The notes under the pieces were generated by a model that was given only the letters and a program-made list of their open reading frames with translations, had not been told where the DNA came from and searched no databases. DNA of 64,000 bases from Mobula hypostoma (lineage: Eukaryota), in the NCBI RefSeq assembly GCF_963921235.1, contig NC_086108.1:72604001-72668000 (forward strand), read 5' to 3'. The position numbers were made by a program, and so were the translations under genes. How positions within the stretch are numbered: the stretch's first letter is position 1; the number at the start of each line of letters is the position of its first letter. Below are positions 1 through 13,771 of this stretch, in pieces.

Positions 1-1619
1 TGGTTGAGAAGGAAAATAAATCAGTCATGACTGGTTGAGGGGAAGTAAATCAGCCTTGATTGAATGGCTCTCAAACGGTCTTATGGAACTACTCTGAGCA
101 CAAGTTTCAATGCATTTGCATCAAACTCCCGTGCACTACTTTAACTACATCATTATCTTGCAGAATTCAAATGAATGGATTTGCTAAAGCGATGCATTTG
201 GAATATCAGCTGTGTGCTTTGCTCAAGGAAAAAGGAAGTTATTTCATTGAGTAACAAAGTAATTCAGAGAAAGACCTGGTATGAAAAAACGGAATTTTGT
301 TCTGAAAAGGAGAAGATTGTTTCAGAAATATAACTGGGCAAGAACATGTCATTTGAGGTCTGAAGCAGGTATCATGCAGCAGCTGAATATCTTTGTTTTT
401 ACAGGGGTGAACGGGGTTTCTGCTTGAAATGGAGATTTCCTTCAGATGCTCTCATCTCCCTCAACTGCGTCAAATATTAATTGGTTTCTTGTAAATATTT
501 GCAAAATACGCCATTACTACTCCAGGCGTATTGCATCATAATGATAAACAATGATTAATTTCTTCTGGAGTTGAGAGTGATTGTAGATGTGTGTTCCATT
601 AAGCCAGATGGTATTCAGCGTCACTATTTCAACTGTTTATGTAGCAAAACTGATTGTGAAATGTTGGAAAAGCAATTGGCAGTAACGAATACTGATTTAA
701 ATTTTGTTGATTCTTATAGGTTTAGAGACTAAAATAGCCTATCATTATGCTTTGTGGTAAAGTGATTTTGCCACAGTATATTTTTTTTACATCTAGTATA
801 AGAGGAGATTAATAGTATGGTTTATAGATAAACACGCGGAAATTCCAAAATTCATGTGGTCTTGATCTTGCTCATTAAAGTATTGTATCACAGTTTAAAT
901 AAATGTACTTCATTGAATTTTAAATTTTGTCACTGCTCACCTGAATGTGTCACATGGACAGCATGGTCACCTACTGCCCTATGTGAAGTGTTAATGCTTA
1001 TTATTCCTCCATAAACACACTTAGATTGTGACGCTGACTGCTGTATCCTAAAATTAATCAAACTGAGGTCATATATTGAATACCATAATCATGTAAGTCA
1101 GTATTGTATTTAAATTTAAGATCAGGTGGCAATGTGAACTTGAGACACAGTCTGCACCTTGTGGAACAGCTTGAAGGGCTTTCACGCCCAATGTTGGTTT
1201 CTTCGTTTTATGTTTTTGTTGAAGTGCCAAAAATCATCGGAGTAATTTGGTAACAACTTTGCAGTGATACTGCTTGCAGCTTCAGAAGCTAAAGTACACC
1301 ACAGACAGTGTGCTCCCATCCCGTCTTGTATTTGTACACCAAGCCTAATGGAGGTGGATTGAGAGGTGGATTTTCCATGATCTCTTGAGTAGAACTGAGC
1401 CCTGAATAGCCCATCTGGAAATGGAGTCTTGCCTTCATGCTAAGGCTCTTATCCATTGTTTTGTGGTGCATAAATATCATGTCAAATTGAATAGCTTCAG
1501 AACATATCTAACAATGCAAATTTGGGCACCCTTGAAGTGTTATAGAACAAGAATGTTTAATAGCACCTTCTCTTCTGCAAACTCATGGTTTCATACTGTT
1601 GTTGTATTCCATCCATAAT

Positions 1620-3100
1620 GCCAACCATAGTCCAATAGGGGTGCAGAAAGGCAGGAGCAACACCGGGCAAACTTTAAAAATGAGGCAGCAACCTGGAATA
1701 TAGCTGCATGGGATTATGAATATGTTAAAAAGGAAGCAGTTTGCAATAGACAGAGCATAACAATCTCACAGCCAACAGTTCAAACTGAAGCTATACAGTC
1801 CTGCCATATCAGGTTGTGAGCGGTGTTGAACAATTACAGAGATAACGAAAAGCGGAGGCTCCATGTACTTTCCCAGTCATAACAATGGTAGGCGGGAAAA
1901 TACTCAGCGGAAGCATTTGCAGCCATATTTAATGTAAAGTACTAGATAGGTGATTCAACTCAACTTCCTTCTGCAAAGTCTACCCCAAAGCCAAGTGTCT
2001 CAATTCCACGTGGTATGTAGAAACGTCTGAGAGCATTGAATACAACAAAGCTATGGGACCAGTTAGTATCCCAGCTGTAGTAGAGCGCTCCAGATCTTAC
2101 CAAAAGCCAAGCTTTTCCAGTGCAGGTACAGCACAGGCACTTACCAAACATTATTGAAAATAAACTGTTCTGGTATATCCTTTTCACAAAAATAATCTTC
2201 TTAGCAATCTGTCTGTTCCCAGTCTTCAGTAAGCTCAGAGTCATTGACCCTTTGTCAGGACTGCATAGGAAGTGGGAAGAAGTGAGAATAAGAAGGTGGA
2301 GAGAAGGAAAAAAGTACAAACTAGCAGGTGACGGGTGAAACTAGGTGAGGGGGAAGGTAGCTAATGGGGAGGGGGAGGGGGGACGGGGTTGAAGTGAGAA
2401 ACTGGGAGGTGATAATTGGAAAAGGCTGAAGAAGAATGAATTTGATAGGAGAGAAGAGTGGACCATGGAAGAAAGGGAAGGAGATAAACCACCAGAGGGA
2501 CTGTTGAGAAGAGAAGGAGTAAGAGAGGAGCCAGAAGGGGAAAATAGTGAGTGGAAGAAATTACCAGACATTAGAGTAATCAATGTTTGTGCCATCAGGT
2601 TGGAAGCTCCCCAGATGGAAAATAAGGTGTTTCTCGTCCAACCTGAAAATAGTCTCATTGTGGCCGTACAGGAGACCATGAACTGACTTGCCGGAATGGG
2701 AATGGGGTGTGCAATTAAGTGGTTGGCCACGGGGAAGTCCGGTCTGTTGTGGACAAAGCAAAAGTATTCAAAGGATCCCAGTGAGTTCCTCCAGCAATTT
2801 TAGCACCTGCAGAATCTCTTGTGTTCTTGTTTTTATTTATCCACATTTATCATTTTAAACAACTTGAATGATTCCGCTGAGGAGTTGGATGCCATATCTA
2901 AGCAACCCTTCAAGTCAGTACGTTTGAGTTCCACCAGTGAGCTCATCAGAGGTTCTATCAGTAGAGTGGAAGGTGAGATATGACACCCCTCTGTCCTCCT
3001 GTTTGAACTTGACTTTCATCTTGCAACGCACAGCATGTAAATTTGCGGCAAGCTGACAGAAAGTAGGCGGTGGCTGTCTATGGAACCATCAGTGACAGTT
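1620..3100 (+). mobile_element. Highly degraded LINE RT fragment (CR1/L2 group), interrupted by a Penelope fragment at ~2240-2830
   Basis: Remnants such as 'aaagctatgggacc...gctccagatctta...cttttccagtgcag' resemble the KAxGPD region of LINE ORF2; similar decayed sequence resumes after 2890. No intact ORF. Confidence 0.45.
2240..2830 (-). mobile_element. Penelope-like element 3' fragment with short inverted end
   Basis: Minus-strand peptide 'RLDEKHLIFHLGSFQPDGTNIDYSN' matches the endonuclease C-terminus at 21930-22030. Purine-rich tract; hammerhead remnant at ~2244-2262; inverted terminal piece at ~2782-2825. Confidence 0.8.
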
Positions 3101-4379
3101 GAACTTGACCTCAACTCAACCCCTCATGTGTTTTCTGCTTTGAAATGCATGGGAGAGCAATGGTTAAATGTTCTGCAAAGCGTTGTGCGGATTGTTGTAT
3201 CTTGTTGCTAATAATAGGTAATTTCTGTCCCAAACCAGTCTGATAGTCCTTGAGATATTTCTGCTATCTCAGCTTTAAGGAGTCAAAATCATATCTAGTT
3301 TGCTAAATACAGTAACTAGGCTTATTGTTTGATCACCAGACATTGACACATTAGAGCTGAATGTACAAAGTCACAGCCTGGAGTCCGAGCAACCAAACGT
3401 CAAATATAGCCATCGTTTTTGGCATAGGACATGAGATAAGTATTTAAAGAAGAAACATCTAATAAAGAAGGATTTTAGGAAAGTATTTTAATATTTTAAT
3501 CATGAAGATAAAGAAGTAGAGAAATAACTATGGATTTTCGATTTTTGACTTTCACATTTCTGAGCACCTTTTACAAATACTTTGTCAGTAGTAGGACACT
3601 AGGAATGAATGTTATTAAAAAACTAACATTTCTCAATTTGTTTATCCAAGTGGAAGTCTTTATTTTTAATATGACATACAGTACATCAAGTAGTTACATT
3701 TTAAAATCAGTGTGAGCGACTCACTGTTACTGATTGGCATGAATGTGTGACAGAGGCAGTAGATAACTGGGCCTGGTGCCTGGCTTGGCAGAAACCATGG
3801 AACAGATTGCCTTTGTTTCCCCATCAAACAAGGAAATTGGGTGGGATGGAGACAGTGAAACAAAGAGTTTTTTTTTTCATTCTCATCGCACAGCTCTTTG
3901 TAGGGAGAAATAATTTGGTAAACTACAGCTGCCCTTGGGATGAGGAAATAGTCACTTGGCTTCTCCTAGATCCAGCTGAGGAGATGCCAAGCATGGGGAA
4001 CAATCTCACAACAATGACACACCTTTGGGGTTCCAAGTCACAGTTAATTGTGTTCATCCTTGATCCAGCCGAGTAGCCATCAAAACAGTCAGAATCTTTT
4101 GTTAACATCTTATATTAGAAGCTCTGCAACATCCTTCACTTAGAAACCATGAAGGTGAAATGAGGCAGAATTTATCACTGCATCCATTGCCATTTCTCAG
4201 TAGTGCGAACAATGTAAATGATGGTAAAACAGGCTCAGAGGCCTGTGTGCTCTGCTCCTGATTCTATGTTCCTACCGTACTTATAGCTATCATCTTTGGT
4301 TGCTGCAAATAAATTATAATTTGCTTACAATTAAGGCATTCAAAACTTTGCTACTACCTTGTGTGTCTGAAACAACTAC

Positions 4380-4506
4380 AAACAAGAGAAAATCTATAGA
4401 TGCCGGAAATCCACTCATCTATTTTTCTCTAGTCCTGCTGAAGGGTCTCGGCCCAAAACGTTGACTGTACTTTTTTCAATAGGTGCTGCCTGGCCTGCTG
4501 AGTTCT
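4380..4506. mobile_element. Small Penelope-derived fold-back remnant with mutated hammerhead (4431-4466, +)
   Basis: ~33-nt terminal tail followed by an inverted segment agtc-CTGCTGA-agggtctcggccc-AAAAC-GTT-gact. Confidence 0.7.
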
Positions 4507-4564
4507 GAGAGAACTACTGTTTTTTGAATGAGAGAAAATCTGCCGATGCTGCAAATCCAAGCAA

Positions 4565-4567
<3 letters not shown>

Positions 4568-4598
<31 letters not shown>
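4568..4598. repeat. (CA)n microsatellite expanded inside the Penelope terminus
   Basis: About 15 CA units where other copies have a short 'caacacac'. Confidence 0.95.
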
Positions 4599-4600
<2 letters not shown>

Positions 4601-5744
4601 GCTGGAGGGACAGAGCATCTATTAGAAAAGAGTACAGTTGATGTTTCGGGCTGAGACCCTTCATCAGGACTGGAGAAAAATCATGAGGTCAGAGTAAGAA
4701 GGTGGGGGGAGTGGAGGAAGACAACCAAGATAGTAGGTGACAGGTGAAACTGGGAGGGGGAGGGGTGAAGTAAAGAGCTAGGAAGTAAATTGGTGAAAGA
4801 GATAAAGGGCTGGAGAAGGGGGAGGATAGAAGGCCATGAAAGAAGGGGAAGGAGCACCAGAGGGAGGTGATGGGCAGGTAAGGAGATGAGGTGAGAGAGG
4901 GAGATGGGAATGGTGAGGGAGAGGTAGGGGCACATGACCAGAAGTTCAAGAAATCGATGTTCATGCCATCAGGCGGAGGCTACCCAGACAGAAGATAAGA
5001 TGTTGCTCCTCCAGCCTAAGTGTGGCCTCATTGTGGCAGTAGAGGAGACCATGGACTGACATGTCAGAATGGGAATGGGAAGTGGAATTAAAATGGGTGG
5101 CTACTGGGAGATCCCACTTTTTCTGGTAGATGGAGCGTAGGTGCTTGGTGAGGTGATCTCCCTACCTACTTTGGGTCTTATCGATATACAGGAGGCCACA
5201 CCAGGAGCACCAGATACAGTAGATGGCCCAACAGACTCACAGATGAAGTGTCACCTCACCTGGAAGAACTGTTTGGGGCCCTGAATAGTAGAGAGAGAAG
5301 AAGTGTAGGTGCAGGTGTAGCACTTGTTCCACTTGCAAGGGTAAGTGCCAGGAGGGGAGATCAGTGGGGAGGGAGAAGTGGACAAGAGAGTTTGTAGGGA
5401 GCAATCTCAGCAGAAAGTAGAAAATGGTGGGAGGAGGGAAAGATGTGCTTGGTGGGATCCTGCTGGAGATGTCGGAAGTTAAGGAGAATTAGGTGCTGAT
5501 GCGGAATCAGATGGGGTGGTAGGTGAGGTCAAGAGAAACCCTACCCCTGGAGGGCTGGTGGGAGAACTGGTTGAGGCAAAATGGAAGAGATGCGGGTGAG
5601 GGTAGCATTGATGCTGAGGAAGGTAAGCCCCTTTCTTTGAAGAAGGAGGACATCTCGTTAGTTCTGGAATGAAAAGCAGATGAGGCAGAGATGGAGGAAT
5701 TGAGAGAAGAGGACAGCATTTTTACATCTACCAGGGTGGGAAGA

Positions 5745-6047
5745 CCATAAGACATAGGAGCAGAATTAGGCCATCTGGCCCCTCAAGTCTGCTCTGCCAT
5801 TCGATCATGGCTGATCTTTTTTTTCTATCTCCTCCTCAACCCCAGTTCCCGGCCTTCTCCCTATAACCTTTGATGCCATATCTCATCAATCTCTGCCTTA
5901 AATACATCCAATGACCTGGCCTCCACAGCTGCATGTGGCAACTAATTCCACAGATTCACCACCCTTTGGATCAAGAAATTTCTCCATATCTCTGTTTTGA
6001 AAGGGCGCCCTCTATCCTGAGGCTGTGTCCTTTTGTCCTAGACTCTA
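5745..6047 (-). mobile_element. CR1 (HER1-like) LINE 3' fragment inserted in the Penelope copy
   Basis: Tail 'cataagacataggagcagaattaggcc'; peptide 'ESRTKGHSLRIEG'; GAAGA at 5740-5744 and 6048-6052 is a candidate TSD. Confidence 0.85.
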
Positions 6048-8681
6048 GAAGAGGTATAGTCCAAGAAGATGTGAGAATATCAGTAAAAGATATCAGTAGA
6101 TAAGTTGTCTCCAGAGATAGAAACAGAGAGATTGAGAAAGGGGAGGGAGGTGTCGGGAATGGACCAGGTAAATTTGAGGGCGGGGTGGAAGCTGGAGGCA
6201 AAGTTGATGAAGTTGATGAGCTCCACGAGGGTGTAGGAAGCAGCAGCTATGCAATCGTCAATGTAGCGTAGGGAAAGTTGAGGAGTGATACCGGTGTAGG
6301 CTTGGAACATAGATTGTTCCACATAGGCAACAAACAGGCAGGGAAAGCTGGGACCCATGCAAGTATACGTGGCTACACCTTTTGTTTGAAGGAAGTGGGA
6401 GGAACTGAAGGAGAAATTATTGAGAGAGTGGATCAGTTCTGCCAAACAGAGGAGAGTGATGGTGGAGGGGAACTGGTTGGGTCTGGTGTCCAGAAAGAAA
6501 CGGAGAGCTTTGAGGCCTTCCTGGTGGATGATGGAGGTGTACAGTGAAAACAAGTTGATCAGGCCAGGGAACTTGAAATCATTGTAAAGATCAAGAGTGT
6601 GTGTGAAGTGTCATGCATGCAGGTAGGAAGGGACTGAATCAGGGGGATAAAACTGAGTCAAAGTATGCAGAAATAAGTTGGGTGGGACAGGAACAAGCAG
6701 AAACAATGGGTCTACCTGGACAGGCAGGTTTGTGGATCTTGGGTAGGAAATAGAAATGGGAGGTGCAGGGTGAGGGAACTATGAAGTTGGCGGTAGCGGA
6801 TGGGAGATCCCTAGAATTAATAAGGTCAGTGATGGTGCGGGAGACAATGGTCGGATGCTCCTTGGTAGAGTCCTGTTTGAATGGTAAGAAAAAGGAGTTT
6901 TCTGACAGTTGTCAGCTGGCTTCAGCAAGGTCAGTCAGCCAGATTACTACAGCACCCTGCTTACCTGGGTTTGATAGTAAACTGAAGCCCATATGCACTA
7001 ATACCCGAACTCGGCTGGAAGCCCAAGAAGAGTTTATTTGTCACAGACACTGGGAAAGCACTAGATCCTTTTTGACTATACGCATATGTTTAACCTTTCT
7101 GTAATTCTGAGCATCTACCCATTACCAAAAGAGATGATTTGTTTAATACAGATCTGCTGATAACGTCAATCAGTAGCCATTGTTGATGCATGAGTATGGA
7201 TCTACAAGAAGGTCTGTACTGCCTGACCCTGTCGTCAGATAGTGTACAAGTGCAAATTCTGTCCACTTACCCCAACTGTAGCATCTGTTTCACTGATTCC
7301 ACTGAGAATAGTTAACATTGATTTTTTTTCAACAGTTTGCCAATGAGCCAAGAAGAATTCCTCTTCATGCTGCTTATTTGACATTCTCCACAGTCAGTTG
7401 CCTGAATGTCACTAAAATGTATGTGAAGGTGGCTGTAAATCTGGAATAATGCCATGGCCCCTAAACCCTTCTTTCTTCCCCTCATGTTTTCATAAGAGGG
7501 GGCTATTAAGTTTAGATTGTCTATCAGACTATTCTTACTTTTCCCTTTTCTCCCACTTATTTTGTTCTATACCCTACTAGAAAACCATTCAGAGTCTTCT
7601 CCAGCCAGCAGCCCTGAATGAACGATGAGATCTGTAATCTGCTGAGAGCCAGATCAAAAGCATTCAAGTCTGGTGACCAAGAAAGTTATGAGAGGTCCAG
7701 CTAGAATCTCCGGAAGCCACCTCATTGGTAAAGTGGCAACTCCGGACTAAACTTGAATCAACCAACGGTTGTGGCAGGGCTTGAATTCTTCCACCTCTAA
7801 TAAAGTAAAGTCAAGCAGTTTAGACAACAACAGAACTTCCCCTCCAGATGGTCTCATCGCCTTCTATGCTTGCTTTGACCACCAAATCATGGAGGGACCA
7901 TCATAAACTCCCAGTTCCCCCGATGGTTCTGTGATTTCAGTCTCTCCGGCTGACACACGAGCAGCCTGCAAGAGGGTGAACCCACAAAAAGCAGACCCAG
8001 TCAGGGTACGGACCAAGTACTAAGGATCTGTGCGGATCAGCTGGCTGGGGTGTTTACCGAGATCTTTAACATCTCAATTTGGTAGGCTGAGGTACCCAGC
8101 TGCTTCAAGCAGGCTTCAGTTGCTCCATTGCCTAAGAAGAACATGGTAACCTGCCTTAATGTGTATCACCTAACAACTTTTACATCCTCAGAGGTGAAGT
8201 GTTGGGGAGAGGTTGCTGTTGACACCTGCCTGAGAACTGACTTCGAACTACTCCAATGTGCCTACTGGTGCAACTAGCCACAGTAGATGCCACCTCATCA
8301 GCTCTTCACTCAACCCTGGAACATCGGGACAGGAAAGATACATATGTCACGATGCTCTTTTTCAACTACAGATTGGCATTCAGTACCATCCTCCCCTCAA
8401 AACTGATCAATAAGCTTCAAGACCTTGGCCTCAGTACCTTCCTGTGCAAATGGATGCTCAATTTCCCCACTTGCAGTCCACAGTCAGTTCAGACTGCAGA
8501 CAACATCGTCCACAATCTCCATCGGTACAGGTGCACCACAAGACCATGTGCTTATCCTCCTGCTCTACCGGCTTTACATTTATGGATGTGTGCCCTAAGC
8601 ACAGCTCCAATGCCTTTTTCAAGTTTGCTGACAACATTACTATTGTAGGCCGTACCAAAGGTGGTGTTGAATCACCATATA

Positions 8682-10243
8682 CAGTGGAAGGTTTGTGAAC
8701 CCTTTAGGATTTTCTCTATTTCTGCATAAATATGGCCAAAAATGTAATCAGAACTTCACTTTTCCTAAAACTAGATAAAGAGAACCAAATTAAATAAGCA
8801 GCACAAAAACATGATACTTGTTCATTTATTTATTGAGAAAAATGATCCACTATTACATGTATTTGTTGAAAAGTATGTGAACCTCTAGGATTATCAATTT
8901 ATTTAAAGGGGAAATTAGAGTCAAGGGTTTCAATCAATGGATGACAATCAGGTGTAAGTGTGGGAGGCCTTGCCCTATTTAAAGAACATAAACCAAGGTC
9001 TTCACTGTCAAAGTCTGATCTTCACCACATAGGGTTTTGGTAGTGTGCCATGCCTCGATCAAAGGAGATTTCTAAGGACCTCAGAACAAAGGTGTTGTTG
9101 CTCACCAGGCTGGAAAAGGATACAAAACCATTTCTAAAGAGTTTGGGCTCCAACAATCCACAGTTGGATGGAACTCAGCACTGTTATTACCCTCCCTAGG
9201 AGAGGTCGACCAACAAAAATCACTCCAAGAGCAAGGTGTGTAATATTCCAGGAGGATACAAAGAATTCCAGGATAACATCTAAGGAGCTACAGGCCTCTC
9301 TTGCATTGGCTAATGTCAGTGTCCGTGAGTCTACCATCAGACAAACACTGAACAACAACGGTATGCATGGCAGGATTGCAAGGATAAAGCCACTACTCTC
9401 CAAGAAGAACATTGCTAACCTTCTAAAGTTTGCTAAAGGCCACGTGGATAAGCCAGAAGGCTATTGGAAGAACTTTCTATGGACGGATGCGTCCAAAATA
9501 GAACTTTTTGGCTTAAATGAGAAGCATTATGTTTGGCAAAAAGCGAACACTGCATTCCAGCATAAGAACCTTATCTCATCTGTGAAACATGGTGGTGGCA
9601 GTTTCATGGTTTTGGGCCGGCCTTGCAGCCTCTGAGCCAGGATGATTTGCCATCATTGATGGAACTATGAATTCTGAAATGTATCCAGAACATGTCAGGA
9701 TATCTGTCCGTGAACTGAAGCTCAAAGTGGGTCATGCAGCAAGAAAGCGACCCTAAGCACACAAGTCAATCTACAAAAGAATGGTCAAAGCAGAAGAAAT
9801 TTCGCACTTCGGAATGGCCAGTTCAAAGTCCTGACCTTAATCCTATAGAAATGTTGTGGAAGGACCTGAAGCAAGCAGTTCATGCAAGGAAGCCCACCAA
9901 CATCCAGAATTGAAGCAGGTTTGTAAAGGGGAATAGCCTAAAATTCCTCCAAGCCAATGTGCAACACTGATCAACAGTTACCAGAAACATTTGGTTGAAG
10001 TTATTGCTCTACAAGGGGGTCGCACAAGTTACTGAAGGCAAAGATCCACGCACTTTTCTGAAAATATATAATATTGGATCATTTTTCTCAATAAATAAAT
10101 AAATGAAAAGTATAATGTTTTGTGTAGTTTATTTAATTGAGATCTCTTTAGGACTCGTGTGAAGATCTGATCACATTTTAGGTCATAATTTATGCACAAA
10201 TAGAGAAAATTCTACAGGGTTCACAAACTTTCTAGCACCACTG
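8682..10243 (+). mobile_element. Tc1-family DNA transposon, IR-DR type, near full length, defective
   Basis: TA TSD (8680-81, 10244-45); CAGTGG...CCACTG ends; ~200-bp imperfect TIRs with outer and inner direct repeats (gtttgtgaacc / gtatgtgaacc). The left TIR has a small deletion near its tip. Confidence 0.95.
9050..10035 (+). pseudogene. Tc1 transposase pseudogene (DD34E spacing)
   Basis: Starts MPRSKEIS...; contains 'RRGRPTKITPR', 'WTDASKIELFG', 'VKHGGGS' and 'QQESDPKH...WPVQSPDLNPIE'. 34 residues lie between the mutated second acidic site and E. Frameshifts and stops present. Confidence 0.93.
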
Positions 10244-11199
10244 TAAGAGGGAGATTGAAAATCTGGCTGATTGGTGCCACAACAACAACCTCTTACTCAA
10301 TGACAGCAGGACCCAGGAGCTGATTATTAACTTCAGGAGGAGGAAACCAAATGTCCACCAGCCAGTCCTCATCAGTGGATTAAGAGGTGGACGGGGTCGG
10401 CAACTTTAAATTCCCGAGTGTTACAATTTTGGAGGACCTGTCTTTGGCCCAGCTTGTAAGTGCAATTATAAAGAGAGCATGGCAGCGCATCTAATTCCTT
10501 AGGAGTTTGCAAAGATTTGGCATGACTTTCTAACACCTTCACAAACTTCTATAGATGTGTAGCGAAGAGAATATTGACTGGCTGCATCACAGCCTTGTAT
10601 GGAAACACCAATGTCGTTGAATGGAAAATTCTACAAAGCATAGTAAATCAGTCCACCATGGACAAAGCTCTCCCCAACATTGAGCACATCTACACAGAGC
10701 ATTATTGCAGGAAAGCAGCATCTATTGTCAGGAACCCCCACCACTCAGGCCATGCTCTCTTCTTTATTCTGCCATCAGGTTCAGGAACAACCATCAGTCT
10801 CTTGAGATAGCTTCACTCAACTTCACTTGCCCCCATCACTGAAATATTCCTACAACCTATGAATTCACTTGCACGGTCTCTTCATTTTATGCTCTCGATA
10901 TTTTTTGCTTGCTTGCTTATTTATTTATCATTATTGCTATTATCATTATTATTGTTGTTATTATTATTTCATTCTTTTGTATTTGCACAATTTGTTGTCT
11001 TTTGAACCTTGGTTGAACACTCACGCTGGTGTGATCTTTCATTGATTCTATTATGGTTATTATTTTATGATGGATTTGTTGAGTATGCCCATAAGATGAT
11101 GAATCTCAGGGTTGTATATCATGACACACGTACTTTGGTAATAAATTTATTTTGAACTTTAAACTATTATCTCACACCCCAACTCACCAACCAACCACT

Positions 11200-11410
11200 A
11201 AGATTAGGGGGCATTCATAATTGGCCAACAAACCTAACAGCACGCTGCCTTTCGTTCAAGGAAGGAAAGTGGAGCACTCAGAGGGAAACCATGCAGTCAC
11301 AGGGAGAATATGCAAATTTAACATAGACAGCAGTCGAGGTCAGAATCAAACTTGTGTCATTAAAGCTGAGAGACAACTGCACCACTTGCAGAACCACCAT
11401 GCTGCCTAGT
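11200..11410 (-). mobile_element. V-SINE (HE1-like) fragment
   Basis: 'ggaaagtggagcactcagagggaaaccatgcagtcacagggaga' is homologous to the cores at ~26950 and ~44715. Confidence 0.65.
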
Positions 11411-11569
11411 CTATAGTAATTACAAATGAATAATTTATTTTGTATATCTGCTCCCTTGACCTTGCTCGATTCTTGGTTCTACTTTCCTCATAGAAGCAGG
11501 CCAATTACTCCATCTTGGATCAATAATTCATTGTGTATACTTGCTGCTACATTATATTGCTAAGAACTG

Positions 11570-12050
11570 GGAAATAGAAACAGGAGTCCTTTGTACTGTT
11601 CCACCATTGAATGATCATAGCTGATCAACATTAAATACTTGTTTCAAGCCCTTTCCCTTGATTCTTTTCTCTTCCTATATCCATTGATTCCTTGAATATT
11701 CAATTTTCATTGCTTTGCCATTTGAGATCCCAATAGTAATAGGAATTTCAGAATAAATCAGAAAATTGACATTTAGAAATGTGAAAAGTACTGTCTGGGA
11801 ACTGGCCCTCTTGCCCACCATGTCTGTTCTGACCATAATACCAAATTAAACCTACTCCTGCATATGGTCTGATTCCCTCCATTACCCACCCTATTCATGT
11901 GTCTGTCTAAATACTTCTTAAACATTGCTGTCTTATCTGCTTCTGCCAGCATGTTCCAGACACTCGCCACTCTCTGTAAAAAGAAAGTTCCCATGCAGAT
12001 CTTTAAATTTTCATCCCTTCACCTTATACTTATGCCCTCTAGAATTTGAT
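11570..12050 (-). mobile_element. Two CR1 3' fragments
   Basis: Peptide 'FFLQRVASVWNML...FKKYLDRHM' is a CR1 ORF2 C-terminus; tail-like sequence near 11575 and 11770. Confidence 0.75.
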
Positions 12051-12694
12051 ATTTCATTTTCTCCTTTACTTGGTGACTGCTATCAGGACGATTCTCCTTC
12101 AGTGCCATTAGCTGTCTTTCTGATGTCACAGTTGTTGATATTGCCCCCGCCATCAGCAAAGTTCATCCCTGCTTTGAAAGGCTGCGCAGCCTGTGATCAT
12201 TGTAGCTGGTGTTGGCTACCCACCTATATCTGCAACAAGGCTGTAGTTTGCATTCTGAGTCAATACTGCTAGCAATCTCCAGTGGGCATCTATCACTTCT
12301 TTTCCTCTTTCTGAATGCAGTCAGATTACCAAGCATTTATCCTTCTGATTGAACACAATGATTCTTACAACCCACTAATGTTTAATCATGTGATTATTTG
12401 TAAAAACACTTTACAAATTCCTTTTTTCTTGTCTTCTTAATTATTTAACCTGTTAGTTTCAGGAAAATTACAAAGTAACAATCCATAAACTATAGCTAAA
12501 ATGTTGCACCAATCTAGCACTGCAATAAACTCTAATCAATTGTTAGCACATTACTATAGTATTATCCATTTCAAATTTAAAGGAAAACTTCTTAATGGAT
12601 ATATTCAGTTTTGAACATATTTCTTCCTTTACACATGTTCTTCCCTCTTATACAATTTTTATCTCATGTGATACTGTACCAGATCTCCAGGACT

Positions 12695-13130
12695 ACAGTT
12701 GTAGCAGTGTATTAAAATATTTACTCTCTGGAATGTGAATTTAAATCCTTCTCAGGCTAATGGGATGAAAGTCTCCCTTTCTTTGTCACTGCAAGAGTCC
12801 CTAGTGAAATGTGTTTTGGACCAGTTTAGAGCAGTTACTGATAAGTTTGACAACACATTTCAAAAGAAGTTGAAATATTAGATTTTAAGCTACATTTGGC
12901 TGGGAGCATAATGATGGTTGTAAATGTGGTTATCACAAAGGATATGTGATAATGACCGTTTCCAGGTCATTTTGTGTCATTATGGAAAATCAACAATTCG
13001 TAGCATGTGTTGCAATTGTGTATTGATGTCATTTCCATGCAATGTTCCTTTCAGAACAAAGCAATTTTCTCCCACAAATGAGCACTGTTGAGAAATGCCA
13101 AGATGGCTATGCCCTTGGAGTGCTGATATA
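12695..13130 (+). mobile_element. Ancient LF-SINE-like remnant
   Basis: 'aaatccttctcaggctaatgggatgaaagtctcc...ccctagtgaaatgtgttttggaccagt' resembles the LF-SINE body as I recall it; strongly decayed. Confidence 0.35.
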
Positions 13131-13771
13131 GTGAAAAATCAAGTGAGTTCTATAAAATCTAAAAAATTGTAAAAAAAATTAAATTGAGTCCTATAGTTAC
13201 ATATTATGCATTGGTTCAATAGTTCATTACTATAAATTGCATATTGCACACTTAGATGGAGATGTAATGTAAAAATTTTTATTCCTCATGTATATGAAGG
13301 ATGTAGGTAATAAAATCAATTCAGTTTAGTTCAGTTCAATTCATTTTATTGTCGAAGTATGCATGTATAGTACAACTCTGATATTCGTCTTCTCCAGATA
13401 GTCATGGTTGCCCCCTCAAATTCTGCTCTGGCGTTACTTCTCCAAACCACCCCCTCCCTTCCCACCACAGGTCACTGATCTCCCTGTAAGGTATCAGATC
13501 AATATAGACACTTCTTCATCTACTAACTGGCCATGCCCCAAACCCTGACTCAGTTGTTTCCTCTGAGGTCCCTGATGAAAATCCCAATATTCATTCATAG
13601 TCTTGACCTCAACTGACTTCTGCCCAAAATTACTCCAGACTTAACCCCAGCAATGTGTCCAATCATCAACTTAGACTAGGCTCCAGACCATTACCACTGG
13701 CCCTTTCTCTTTGACCTCAGTCCCAGGCAGCAGACTTCCAGCCCAAAATAACTGCACATCTAATTAACAAT

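Larger units (their letters stand above)
4527..6960 (-). mobile_element. Penelope-like retroelement, 5'-truncated and degenerate (RT + GIY-YIG endonuclease)
   Basis: ORF 6080-6553 contains RT motifs 'QTKGVA...MGPS' and 'LRYIDDC'. Endonuclease region ~4950-5290 is homologous to 21930-22260. 3' terminal repeat has a hammerhead motif at 4636-4671. Confidence 0.9.
7570..11165 (+). mobile_element. Rex1/Babar LINE, degenerate, interrupted by Tc1 at 8682-10243
   Basis: RT remnants 'LAFSTILPSKLINKLQDLGL' and 'FKFADNITIVG', and C-terminal 'TGCITALYGN...HHSGHALF'. 3' tail 'aataaatttattttgaactttaaact'. The sequence reads through across the Tc1. Confidence 0.9.

Noticed and set aside
391..470. Acceptor-like 'ttgtttttacag' followed by a collagen-like 'GERGF'
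   Set aside because: The Gly-X-Y pattern stops after two triplets and there is no suitable donor site.
2341..4964. Ser/Pro/Leu-rich minus-strand ORFs (2341-2730, 4681-4964)
   Set aside because: Translations of the pyrimidine-rich Penelope 3' region.
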